Shown one piece after another: positions 45,827-55,592 of a stretch of DNA of 64,000 bases. Source of the DNA: a virus (lineage: Duplodnaviria > Heunggongvirae > Uroviricota > Caudoviricetes); the IMG/VR virus record IMGVR_UViG_3300028914_000001, positions 93,489-157,488 of that record. One strand, 5' to 3'. Each line of letters starts with the position of its first letter. The first letter of the stretch is position 1. The notes beneath the pieces were generated by a model, which did no database searches, was not told the origin of the DNA, and saw only the letters and a list, made by a program, of their open reading frames with translations. A program made the translations under genes and the position numbers.

Positions 45827-48800
45827 TCACATTTGACGTTTTCTCGGGTCTGGAACACCCAGTCGGAGAAAGTCGTTCAGTGTAGCCTCCCTTGCCAGAA
45901 GACCTTCACGGTGAACCATTGGCGAGCGAGTATCACTCCTCAGTCTAACAGGACCGATATATGTCTTGCCAAATCCTAGACCCTTCTCTGGAGAGTAGGT
46001 TATCTGCTGATAACGCATCTTAGTGTTTCCTGCGTTCTCATAGAACTCCCTCTCAGAGCTATCCACATAGCCGACCTTACTGCACTTTGCAAGGACGCTA
46101 TACGGCATTCCATCATGTCTAGCATCTCTACCCCTGAGGAAATACACCTTTTCGTTACTCTTCAAATTCAACTGAGCTAGAATCTGGTTGTACGGGTCCA
46201 CCAGAGACTCATCGACATCATTTGACTTCATCGCATTTCCACGTAGCATATTCAGTTGATATGCAAGACTGTTTTTCTGTTTCAATCCTTCGGTATTTCC
46301 TGAAATAGCCCTAGCAATGATATCAAGCGCATGTCTGTTTGCAGATGTTCCAGAATCAAGCAGGTATTTATAACCCGCCCTATACATGGCATCAGACTTG
46401 CAATCTACCTTATATGGAGTCGGATAGTGCCAAACGTCATCATCGTCACGCCACTGCTTCGAACATGTACTCTGAATAACTTTTCCTTCATCGTCAACAA
46501 CCGGGGAGCTGTATTCGTAGTGGGCACGTTCAGTATCTATCATCATACGACCGTCAATGTCGGTGTATGCATTCATGATAGTATCATAATTATCAATCTT
46601 ACCGATATGGTTCGGGCTATCAATCACGTCATCACGGAACTGATTGACACGGCTCTGGGAATTTTTTTCAACAATTTTCATCTGGTCTGCGGTAAGACTA
46701 AGCGGAGTCTTGTGGTCCTTTCCGTTGATGAGGAAAATCTGCACAAAATCCTTTTCGCTTACATATCTGAAACAATCATTATAGCCGTTCTCTTCAAGGA
46801 ACTTCAGATACTCTCTCAGAGTAATCTTGCCTGCCGCATACATGTCGAAATCCATATTCTGAACAAACAGTTTCCTTTTCCTAAGAATTGCATCATGGTT
46901 CAGAACAACGTTCGGACACTTCAGCATCACAATCTGTCGAGCTACATTTACAGGTTTTCCAGATGCATCAGGCTTCTGGTTTATCACACCTATAAAGAAA
47001 GCACCTGTATGGTCCCAGATAGTAGTCTTCAACCGCTCGTTAGGGATAATGTTGCCATCCGGGTCAATATCCAGGAACACACTCTTATTCATGTGGACTG
47101 ACGACGGATTATTTGCGACGAAATCCTTGACAAGAAACTTGGTTGGGAATAATGTCAACCCGGCCACCGACATGTCTCCTGCCTTGAATTTGGCATACTT
47201 CACCAACGGATTTTCACCCTTAGCCGAACCGCCAAACGTATTTTGCCCAAGTTGCAACCTATTTGCTACACTAATAGCATCAGTGCAGTCGCCCTTCAAT
47301 ATGGCGTCATTATTAAGGAATACACTAAGCATTGCTGAATCAGTTTCGTTGAGGCTATACGGAGAACAGCCCTCCAAGTGCATGTTTCCACGAACTACGA
47401 CTTCATCATCAGACCCCTGCGGGCTGGATATTTCAGAGCCGAACACATGAGCACCGCCCTCGACATACACTCTTCCGGCAAGTTCGATGAGTCCGGCACT
47501 CCTGTCTTCCCTTGATTTTCCAAACACAGTTCCACGGCGACGACCGTGGTCGATGCGGATACACTTGGCGATATTCTCTGCTGGTGTCGTATTGACACCG
47601 CTTATTTCAGTCCTTGCAAACTGTCCACCACCTTCGGCATTAGCACCAACAGTAGTTCCTTTAAGAGTACATGTGCGGATGCTGCATGGGCCATTGGCAA
47701 CCACATTGTTCAAGTAACAGCCGCTACATGCCACTGAACCCGCACTCGAATCCAATGTGACATCACCGACAAGCTGGGTAACAACCTCACCCTTCTCGAA
47801 CAATTTATGTCCTTTGGAACCGTTAGCAGCACTCTTTATGAATCCAGTTTCATAACTTGCCGTTCCGAAGATGCTAATCAAGTTGTCTCCCTTGAACGTG
47901 ACATTTGCTGCATCTACCGGGTCAAGTCCACGCTTCCATCCATTAAATGTCTTGTCGCCAGCGTTACTCATGTGTAGATTCACAAGGTTACAATCATCGA
48001 TTGTGGCATAGCCATTTTCGATAGTCGAACTGCGTATCTTTGATTTGATTATGGTTACGCCACGAAGGCCTTTCTTGGAGATTTCCCCATATATACGGTT
48101 ATTGGGCAACATCTCGTTAGCGCCATTGTTTCCAACAGCAATGGTCGTATCCACAAGAGAAGAGCCATAACCAATGTTCACAAATCCTGTACTTTGCGAG
48201 ATGTCCACCTTGCTCAGCTCGCACTTGCCGATAACAAATTCTCCATCCTTTGCAAGATTACATCCGTCCACGATTATAGCAAATCCCCGTATAGTCGGGA
48301 CACCACCTTTAAGACCAGTCTTTCCGACAATCCTTTCCAGCGATTCACCCGGCTTGCAGCTGCTATCATCAAACATGGCAACAACCTTTGCCGACAAATA
48401 GCCATTAGGCGTTCTACCGAGCAGAATCAACGGATGGCATGGAGTTCCTTCGGAAACAACATTTCCCTCGGCATCCTTCGTTCCGCCAATCATGACCGTA
48501 TTCTTTCCGGCAACGTAATTATTAAGGTTGGACGACACCCCCTTTCCATACGCTTGCCTAATCTTGGCTTCAACCCCTTCTTGCAATGTGTAGTCGCCGT
48601 TCTTGTCAAGAGCACATTCGATGTTCTCGACCCAGCCGTTTTCATCATATCCATAAGCATTAGAAGCCGCCGTGGACGTAAGGCTCCTTCCCTCGTACTC
48701 CGTCTTGACAATAGTGTTCAACATGTCGACGCCATATCGCTTAACCTGACTCTGGTCAAAGTTCGGGTTATTCTTGACATAGCTATCGTAATTGTCATCA

Positions 48801-49900
48801 TCCATATAGACATACGGCGTTGCTGACGTAATATTCTCAATTCCACCATTGTTCGGAACCTGATATATCGTCTCGGTGAATACACGCCCTGGAGCCATAG
48901 CCGCACTCGGCTTGAACAACAGCCTGAACATATCCTGGCGCTTCGCCCATTCGTTCATCTTTTTGTTCTGACCAAGAGTGTTTTCTTTTTTCCGCTTCGG
49001 TTTGTCCAGAGGAGCGATACTATTCGTCGAAGCAGCCAGCGTATTGTTTACGTCCTTGGAGATGTCATAGACCACGCCAGTGGTTTCATCCATGCGATAC
49101 TTATCGCTTGCGTCCGTCCATTCCTTGAGCATCACCCGGTAAAGACTTTGCACTGGCAATCCGTATTCGTCTTCCAGCTTTTTCTTTGCCGCCTCGTTAG
49201 TAGTGGTCACATCAGTCCTAATATCACGGTCGTCGATAGATGTAGACAAAACTACTGCATTCGGGTTGATTTGAACCCTGCAAGGAATACCGATGTTAGC
49301 AGCTTCCTCACCCGTCCTGTGTAAGCCAATTCCAAGCACTAAACGCTTAATATCGATAAACGGGATACTTTCTAGGCTATCCACACCATAATGCTGCAAT
49401 ATCCTGTTATGGACATCATCACTCATCATAACCGGGTTAGTCGCCGTCTCGTAAGTTCTCTTTCTGGCACCATCTTCCCCTTCCGCAATGATTTCATACA
49501 TCACTCGTTCAGCACTGAAATACACGTTTTTACCGTCAAGACCAGGAACCATGAACGAGATTTTGTCAATAGCATTATTTTCATTCCACAGAAGGTCGAA
49601 TCTATTTACCTTACGAGCCCATTTCCTTGCCATCGGGAAGGCTTCCTGGAACGGAATACGCAATTTGTAGTCGAGTTCATCTGGGCTGAGTTCCACTCTC
49701 TTTTCTGATGTGAGAACGGTATTTTCTTCTCCAGGAACAGGCTCGGCAACAGGTGAAATATCAAGTCCATCAGCATCGTCAAACAAGTCCTGAACACCTT
49801 CAAACAAGACTCCGTTTATTTCCTTGACCGCTTCAAGAACAGTCTTTTTCAGCCTCATCTGGCCAAGATATTTTTCAAAAACCTCTTTCCTACTAGACAT
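45827..49900 (-). CDS. very large protein with the shared N-terminal module, possible beta-helix region
   Basis: MSSRKEVFEKYLGQMRLKKTVLEAVKEINGVLFEG; TATAAACTA at 49931-49939. Confidence 0.75.
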   Translation of the reverse strand: MSSRKEVFEKYLGQMRLKKTVLEAVKEINGVLFEGVQDLFDDADGLDISPVAEPVPGEENTVLTSEKRVELSPDELDYKLRIPFQEAFPMARKWARKVNRFDLLWNENNAIDKISFMVPGLDGKNVYFSAERVMYEIIAEGEDGARKRTYETATNPVMMSDDVHNRILQHYGVDSLESIPFIDIKRLVLGIGLHRTGEEAANIGIPCRVQINPNAVVLSTSIDDRDIRTDVTTTNEAAKKKLEDEYGLPVQSLYRVMLKEWTDASDKYRMDETTGVVYDISKDVNNTLAASTNSIAPLDKPKRKKENTLGQNKKMNEWAKRQDMFRLLFKPSAAMAPGRVFTETIYQVPNNGGIENITSATPYVYMDDDNYDSYVKNNPNFDQSQVKRYGVDMLNTIVKTEYEGRSLTSTAASNAYGYDENGWVENIECALDKNGDYTLQEGVEAKIRQAYGKGVSSNLNNYVAGKNTVMIGGTKDAEGNVVSEGTPCHPLILLGRTPNGYLSAKVVAMFDDSSCKPGESLERIVGKTGLKGGVPTIRGFAIIVDGCNLAKDGEFVIGKCELSKVDISQSTGFVNIGYGSSLVDTTIAVGNNGANEMLPNNRIYGEISKKGLRGVTIIKSKIRSSTIENGYATIDDCNLVNLHMSNAGDKTFNGWKRGLDPVDAANVTFKGDNLISIFGTASYETGFIKSAANGSKGHKLFEKGEVVTQLVGDVTLDSSAGSVACSGCYLNNVVANGPCSIRTCTLKGTTVGANAEGGGQFARTEISGVNTTPAENIAKCIRIDHGRRRGTVFGKSREDRSAGLIELAGRVYVEGGAHVFGSEISSPQGSDDEVVVRGNMHLEGCSPYSLNETDSAMLSVFLNNDAILKGDCTDAISVANRLQLGQNTFGGSAKGENPLVKYAKFKAGDMSVAGLTLFPTKFLVKDFVANNPSSVHMNKSVFLDIDPDGNIIPNERLKTTIWDHTGAFFIGVINQKPDASGKPVNVARQIVMLKCPNVVLNHDAILRKRKLFVQNMDFDMYAAGKITLREYLKFLEENGYNDCFRYVSEKDFVQIFLINGKDHKTPLSLTADQMKIVEKNSQSRVNQFRDDVIDSPNHIGKIDNYDTIMNAYTDIDGRMMIDTERAHYEYSSPVVDDEGKVIQSTCSKQWRDDDDVWHYPTPYKVDCKSDAMYRAGYKYLLDSGTSANRHALDIIARAISGNTEGLKQKNSLAYQLNMLRGNAMKSNDVDESLVDPYNQILAQLNLKSNEKVYFLRGRDARHDGMPYSVLAKCSKVGYVDSSEREFYENAGNTKMRYQQITYSPEKGLGFGKTYIGPVRLRSDTRSPMVHREGLLAREATLNDFLRLGVPDPRKRQM

Positions 49901-49951
49901 GATAACCCATAATTGGTTAATTTTCATGTATAGTTTATAACCTATCAAAGC

Positions 49952-49979
49952 AAAAAACCCGTCCAACCAAATGGACGGG
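49952..49979 (-). terminator. intrinsic terminator
   Basis: CCCGTCCA/TGGACGGG with T6. Confidence 0.75.
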
Positions 49980-50024
49980 CCACATTTTCAGGCTATCTTC
50001 TCACTCTTCGGATGGTTCGTCGGC

Positions 50025-50672
50025 CTATACCCGCTCATCCGCCTCGAAGATAAGCTCATCATCGGAAGCATACTCGATTGCATCAGCCGCATCGAGCATG
50101 TCTATGTACTTCTGCTTGCGCTCCTCCGTAAGGAACGGGTCAGGTTCTAACCCTTGGATTATGCTCTTGGCCTCCCTGAACGAACCCGTCATAATTAGCG
50201 AGTAGGCATTGCCAAGCTTGACTCCGATTTCAAGCGGGGTGATTCCCGTGAACTTTGTCAGGCGGCACTCTTCCTTGAAGAGGGCAATCATCTCGTAGCC
50301 AACGTCGATGTTATACATGACTTCACCAAGGTTTCCGTCCATCGACCGAATACGGTTAAGATTACTATTCAATTCGTCAACATACCTGTCGTAAGTAACC
50401 TTTTTCCCTAGAAAGTCAAACACCTCATGCTCGGCATAGTTTTCCTGGGTAAGCGGGTTATCTACGGCAGTCTTAGACCAGTAATCCTTGTTGTTATAGA
50501 CGCACTTGCCGTCGACGTGGGTAATGCGTGAAACATATTTCATGTCAAACTCCTGTAAGATTAAGTAATCTTTTATATCTTGTCCAGATTGTTCCATCAT
50601 TATATCCAAATTCTGCTTATTCGGACACATAAAATGAATCTTATAGTCTTCTTTCCCTACGGCGTAAAGCAT
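50025..50672 (-). CDS. hypothetical protein (tail-fibre-associated?)
   Basis: Coupled to the upstream fibre genes. Confidence 0.7.
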   Translation of the reverse strand: MLYAVGKEDYKIHFMCPNKQNLDIMMEQSGQDIKDYLILQEFDMKYVSRITHVDGKCVYNNKDYWSKTAVDNPLTQENYAEHEVFDFLGKKVTYDRYVDELNSNLNRIRSMDGNLGEVMYNIDVGYEMIALFKEECRLTKFTGITPLEIGVKLGNAYSLIMTGSFREAKSIIQGLEPDPFLTEERKQKYIDMLDAADAIEYASDDELIFEADERV

Positions 50673-51877
50673 TATATATCACTCCCATTTATTCTAACAA
50701 AATATTTGTCTCCTGACTGAACAGCGACAAGATTAAAGTCCTTTGCATAATTATCAGTTACCATTTCGCAATAGTTTGTCGCATTATATGTGTCGTCTAC
50801 ATTAACTATTGCTTCGTAATTTGTAGCAACTTCCCACTGACTGCCCGTCCATATAACAACAGCACGATAATTTATTCCACCAGTCCAAGTATTTGCGTTT
50901 GATTTATAATATATGTCAAACTGAGATTTGTTAGACGGCTCATTATCTACTGGAGTCATAGAGCGAATTTTATTATTACTCCAAGGCCATTTGGTCGTAT
51001 AAATCTTGTGCTTGCAATTAGTAAACACCTTCGTTCCGTTCCCTGCATTAAATCCAGCACCATAGCCATCACCAACATTCATTATAAACTCATCGCCGTC
51101 GTTAGTTCCCATTGTATAGAACATGAACGCATATCTATCTATATCATCATTAAAAGAACCACCAGTACTACCAAAATCAGAATCAGTAAATACATGAGTA
51201 ACTCTACTCATATTCCTATGCAAAAGATAAGGGTATGGGTTTCCTTGACCACCATTTGAAGGCTGCAAGCCATTTGTTAGTCCAGCACCTCTCCAAATGA
51301 AATAGCTATCAACAGGATTTTGTAGCTGAGTTATTTCGGCGAATGTTGCAGCTTCGCCACTACAACGATGGTTTGACGCTCCTGAATAGACAGAATTTAC
51401 ATTTTGTATGTTACTGAACGATTTATAATTACCAGTCAGTCCAACATACTGAGGAACATACATTCCATCGTTTTGGCCACGCATGCTTATGTAATACTTG
51501 TTCCCGGCATACAACGTGATTGTTCCCAGACTTGTCCACGTCCTCAATATACCCGTCTTGTTATAGATGGTCACGTCACTCTGTGCGCCATTACCATTTT
51601 GATATGCGACACATAGACCGACTTCATTCAATATGCGAAGTATACATTCCGTGTTATAATGCTCACCCAACGTAGAGACCGAGTCGAGTGTTATGTCGGT
51701 AGAAGGGATAATCTCAATCAACTTATCTGTTGTATTATAATACCCATCTTTAAAAAGATATTTAATTTTCGCCCATACCAGAACATTACCGTAATATACA
51801 TAGTCAACAGACATATCCCCAAAGTACATATCTTCGGTATTAGCTCCGTTGAACATTATGTATCCATCTGCTGCCAT
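50672..51877 (-). CDS. tail-fibre-like beta-rich protein
   Basis: 401 aa, N/G/T/Y-rich, downstream of the collagen gene. Confidence 0.6.
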   Translation of the reverse strand: MAADGYIMFNGANTEDMYFGDMSVDYVYYGNVLVWAKIKYLFKDGYYNTTDKLIEIIPSTDITLDSVSTLGEHYNTECILRILNEVGLCVAYQNGNGAQSDVTIYNKTGILRTWTSLGTITLYAGNKYYISMRGQNDGMYVPQYVGLTGNYKSFSNIQNVNSVYSGASNHRCSGEAATFAEITQLQNPVDSYFIWRGAGLTNGLQPSNGGQGNPYPYLLHRNMSRVTHVFTDSDFGSTGGSFNDDIDRYAFMFYTMGTNDGDEFIMNVGDGYGAGFNAGNGTKVFTNCKHKIYTTKWPWSNNKIRSMTPVDNEPSNKSQFDIYYKSNANTWTGGINYRAVVIWTGSQWEVATNYEAIVNVDDTYNATNYCEMVTDNYAKDFNLVAVQSGDKYFVRINGSDI

Positions 51878-51904
51878 TAGATTACTCCTTCAGTCAACCC
51901 ATCT

Positions 51905-53485
51905 TTAAGCCACCGTTCCTGTACTCAGAACAAAGTGAAGAATACCGTCATTTGCCCACTGAGTCGGGTCTGCACCTGCATTTTCAATCTTGGCCTTGAT
52001 GTAGTAGAACGTATTTCCCTCAGCTCTCTGATAAGAATTATTCGTAAGGGTATACTGAGTTCCCGTAGGACCCGTCGGGCCAGGAGCTCCATTAGTACCA
52101 TTCGTGCCATTCGTACCCGTTGCTCCCCGAGGGCCTGCTGGGCCTGTCGCACCTTTTTGACCGACAAGGCTAGCTAAGAAGTCTTCCTCGGTTCCAGTAT
52201 GCCCCTTTTCTAGCCAAATCTCATATGCGGATTTTCCGTCATCGCCTGTTGCCCCGGTCGGGCCTGCTGGGCCCGCTTCACCGTCCTGTCCATCAACGCC
52301 TGATGCACCTGTCGGACCTCTTGGGCCCGGTTCACCGTCTTCACCCTTTTCACCCTGCGGAGCGCTAAATTCAACCCACCTTGAATCATCCGCATATGGA
52401 TGCGTTGTAGACATAAACGGGCTGCTCGCTTGGCAAATCCACATGGAGTTATCTTGACTGTCTTGCGACTTCTGGTCAAACACATAATCATTGCCAGCAT
52501 AAGTCGTTCCAGATACCCAAGCTCCTTTATTATTCAGACCTACGCCAGCCGGACCCTGAGGTCCCTCTGGGCCTGTCTGTCCCTGTGGTCCCTCTGGCCC
52601 GACCAAGGCATTCAAGAAGTCAGCCTCCGTTCCAGTATTTCCCGCATCTATCCATACTTCATATGCGGATTTTCCGTCACTTCCCGTTGCGCCAGTAGGT
52701 CCCGTTACACCACCAGTGACTCCTGTAATTCCCGGAGGGGTTGCCCATTCCAGGCCAGAACCGTCTTCTTTTACCCTGAGGTAGTCACCATTGTGCCAGT
52801 CGTAGCGGTAATACGGGAGCCTTTCCTGATACTCGGCCATCCATATGGATTCACCAGGCTTTATTTCATAGAGCCTCATGTAGTCTTCGTCCTTGTACCT
52901 GATGTAGGCAATCAGCCCACCACGATAAGGAGTGGAATACATGCCCATGCGGAAAAACTCTATGCGGACAGCCTTGCCAGGATTAGGTGCATACTGGCTC
53001 CACCATTCAGACTGGTCCTGCCATGTCACCATGCGGTAAACAGCACTCCAACCTTCCTTTCCATTGCGTCCGTCAACTTCGTACAGCTCGAAAATCTGAC
53101 CGTCTTCATACCATTCGAAAAGCTGGTCGGCTGTAACCCTCGGATATCCACTAGGGTCATCAGGGTCTTCTGCCTCAAGGTCATGCAACCAGTCGCCAGC
53201 AGGGTGCTGCGCATCATCGCTCGCATTGGTATACCACCTGAGAAGACGGTGAACGCTAGTACGTCCTTCACCCGTCGCACCCCGTGGGCCTATCGGGCCT
53301 GTTGGGCCTGTTGGGCCTATTTGTCCACGGGCCGCTTCACGCAATGCGTCTAAGCTAAAACCGACAGTCTGACGGCCTACACCACCCCGTTTCTTCATTG
53401 TAGCAAGAAAGTAGGCATCATCGACAGTTCCTGTGTAGCTTCCTGTATATAACGGCAATCCAATTATTTTCTTTCCTTTAAACAT
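51905..53485 (-). CDS. collagen-like (Gly-X-Y) fibre protein
   Basis: Several GPT/GAT/GPQ runs with repeated GKSAYE.W motifs; TATAAACTA at 53511-53519. Confidence 0.85.
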   Translation of the reverse strand: MFKGKKIIGLPLYTGSYTGTVDDAYFLATMKKRGGVGRQTVGFSLDALREAARGQIGPTGPTGPIGPRGATGEGRTSVHRLLRWYTNASDDAQHPAGDWLHDLEAEDPDDPSGYPRVTADQLFEWYEDGQIFELYEVDGRNGKEGWSAVYRMVTWQDQSEWWSQYAPNPGKAVRIEFFRMGMYSTPYRGGLIAYIRYKDEDYMRLYEIKPGESIWMAEYQERLPYYRYDWHNGDYLRVKEDGSGLEWATPPGITGVTGGVTGPTGATGSDGKSAYEVWIDAGNTGTEADFLNALVGPEGPQGQTGPEGPQGPAGVGLNNKGAWVSGTTYAGNDYVFDQKSQDSQDNSMWICQASSPFMSTTHPYADDSRWVEFSAPQGEKGEDGEPGPRGPTGASGVDGQDGEAGPAGPTGATGDDGKSAYEIWLEKGHTGTEEDFLASLVGQKGATGPAGPRGATGTNGTNGTNGAPGPTGPTGTQYTLTNNSYQRAEGNTFYYIKAKIENAGADPTQWANDGILHFVLSTGTVA

Positions 53486-53547
53486 AGCGTGACCAGCAAA
53501 ACTTTACAAATAGTTTATAACACCACGATAGTTTTAATGCTAAAAGG

Positions 53548-53573
53548 AAAGGCGACCTTGTCGGGTCGCCTTG
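53548..53573. terminator. intrinsic terminator
   Basis: AAGGCGACC/GGTCGCCTT. Confidence 0.75.
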
Positions 53574-53597
53574 TTATATGATGCGTAAGTTTATAAA

Positions 53598-54254
53598 TTA
53601 TTTCAGCATATTCAGCTTTCCGATGTAGTTCCGCAAGCCTGCGGCAAGCTTGTCAAGGTTCGGCTTGAATTTCGGAACCTGGTCCTGGCTTCCTTGTGGG
53701 AACCAAGAAGCCGGGTCGGAAACAATCTGTGCCAACTGTTCCATGGAATTCAGGACAGCGATAAGGTGTTGTCTGTCATTGATGCCAGCGTTACCCTTGA
53801 TTGACGCCATCTTCTGATTCATCGCATTGATGTTTCCCTCGACTCCAGAATTTTCCGTTCCGTTAATCAAGTCAAGAGCATTGTTCAACTCTTCGAGTCT
53901 TCCGTCGGCATCAATAGCGTTGCAATAATCCCTTGTTGCAGAATCAGTGTCGTTTCCATACGGAGTTTCAACGATTCGCTGGCCACCGGGAAGCTTGTTC
54001 GGCCTGCCCTGCTGCTGTCCATAGCCCTGTCCATAACCCTGTCCTTCAAACTGAGGACGTTGCTGGTATGCACCCGGCGGCATGATGCCGGGATTTCCCA
54101 TCGGCTGTTGATATCCCTGCTGGGGATAGCCCTGTTGAGGATAGCCCTGTTGAGGATAGCCCTGCTGAGGGTAATACTGAGGCTGCTGAGGATATCCCTG
54201 TTGCGGTGCGTACTGCGGTTGCTGAGGCTGTCCAAAGTATTCGTTATTGTTCAT
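53598..54254 (-). CDS. protein with a QQGYP low-complexity N-terminus and helical C-terminus
   Basis: Tandem 15-bp repeats encoding PQQGY. Confidence 0.8.
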   Translation of the reverse strand: MNNNEYFGQPQQPQYAPQQGYPQQPQYYPQQGYPQQGYPQQGYPQQGYQQPMGNPGIMPPGAYQQRPQFEGQGYGQGYGQQQGRPNKLPGGQRIVETPYGNDTDSATRDYCNAIDADGRLEELNNALDLINGTENSGVEGNINAMNQKMASIKGNAGINDRQHLIAVLNSMEQLAQIVSDPASWFPQGSQDQVPKFKPNLDKLAAGLRNYIGKLNMLK

Positions 54255-54294
54255 AATCTACCTAGTAGACGTTTCCATCCTTAAATTATATTTT

Positions 54295-54957
54295 TTATTC
54301 CCTGTTCACATACAGGTTGATGTCATACTTTACGGCATCAATCCTAAACGTTTTTACATACTTGTAGTGGACTTTCCTCATCAGCTCGTTCGTAGTCACA
54401 TCATCGGCTGGACATACTAGGAAGGTCGCAATCTTCTGTTCAAGCAGATGATTTACCAGCTCTTGGGCGATAGGATACTCATTCATCTCGGAAGATACAA
54501 CGAAATACTCGATTTCAAGCCGATTGTCAAGGTTGTATGCGCTGTGGAGAGAATATGTCTCGGCGGGGACGATATTCATGTAGTTTTCCTTGGTCGGGTC
54601 AGAAACGGTAAGAACGCCTACCGGGACGTCTTCGTATGTGATGTACTCAACCAGGTCAGAGTTTTTTATTTGTTCCACAGTATCCGGCTGAGCAACAATA
54701 CGTTTCAGATTACGGAAATCATCACTGTACTTACCATCGATTAGTTTTCCAAGCTCACTCAGAGTGGCATCATCGATGTCGCTCGGGTTCTTTATATACA
54801 GCTTGAAGTTTTCATCAAACGGTCCAGCGTTGGTCTGACCATCAATCTCGAAACCGTCGATTACGCCGCCATCATCTTCCGGCTGGTATTCCTCAATCAG
54901 TGATTCACCACTGATAGCCTCGAAGAGCTCATGTTCAGGAACATCTTTGAAATCCAT
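54295..54957 (-). CDS. GNAT-like fold protein
   Basis: PVGVL...LEIEYFVVS...PIAQELVNHL...NELMRKVHY pattern; GGAGG RBS before MDFKD. Confidence 0.45.
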   Translation of the reverse strand: MDFKDVPEHELFEAISGESLIEEYQPEDDGGVIDGFEIDGQTNAGPFDENFKLYIKNPSDIDDATLSELGKLIDGKYSDDFRNLKRIVAQPDTVEQIKNSDLVEYITYEDVPVGVLTVSDPTKENYMNIVPAETYSLHSAYNLDNRLEIEYFVVSSEMNEYPIAQELVNHLLEQKIATFLVCPADDVTTNELMRKVHYKYVKTFRIDAVKYDINLYVNRE

Positions 54958-54967
54958 ATAGGCCTCC

Positions 54968-55582
54968 CTAGATTCCATCACCTGCCGATTCCGACGGGTC
55001 TTCCTCGCCTTCTGCCACTTCGCCAGTTTCATCAACGGGTTCCGTGTCATCGGCATTTGGGACCACGTCAACTTCCGGGCCGGGTTGTTCTGGAGTCGGC
55101 TCGATTGAGTTAATGAAGTCAAGCGACTGGTTGGTCATGTCTGAATCTCCATTTACCGAGCTAGCATCAGCCTGCTCATTCATGGCAATGCTCGCACCAG
55201 TCAGGTCATTGTTTTCCGGGTTCATTGAATTAGCCCAGTCAGCAACCTCATCCCAATTATTCATATCCATAGCACTGAACTCATTTGCCCCAGGTGCCTG
55301 TTCGGTTGTAGACGGATTGACATCATCCGAAAACTCGACTTCTGGATGCATCAGTTCAGCCTTCACTTTCTCGGCAGCATATTTCACTACATCGTACGGT
55401 TCATTCATGTTATCATAGGAACCCGGCGACATCATGCGTTTGTCCTGTTCAGAACGAATCTCTGCATCCAACTTTGCGGCAACCGTTCCCTGGTCTACAC
55501 CCGATAAACCAGCCAAGTCAGAAACCACGGGCGTTCCACTGCTAAGTGGATTCGCCTTGATAACTATATCCTCACCTCTCAT
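54968..55582 (-). CDS. acidic low-complexity protein
   Basis: D/E/N/S-rich, tiled. Confidence 0.75.
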   Translation of the reverse strand: MRGEDIVIKANPLSSGTPVVSDLAGLSGVDQGTVAAKLDAEIRSEQDKRMMSPGSYDNMNEPYDVVKYAAEKVKAELMHPEVEFSDDVNPSTTEQAPGANEFSAMDMNNWDEVADWANSMNPENNDLTGASIAMNEQADASSVNGDSDMTNQSLDFINSIEPTPEQPGPEVDVVPNADDTEPVDETGEVAEGEEDPSESAGDGI

Positions 55583-55592
55583 GGCTTACCTC

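Noticed and set aside
53588-53595. Additional late promoter (TATAAACTT)
   Set aside because: Imperfect, and followed directly by a terminator hairpin; the copy at 53511 explains the downstream gene.
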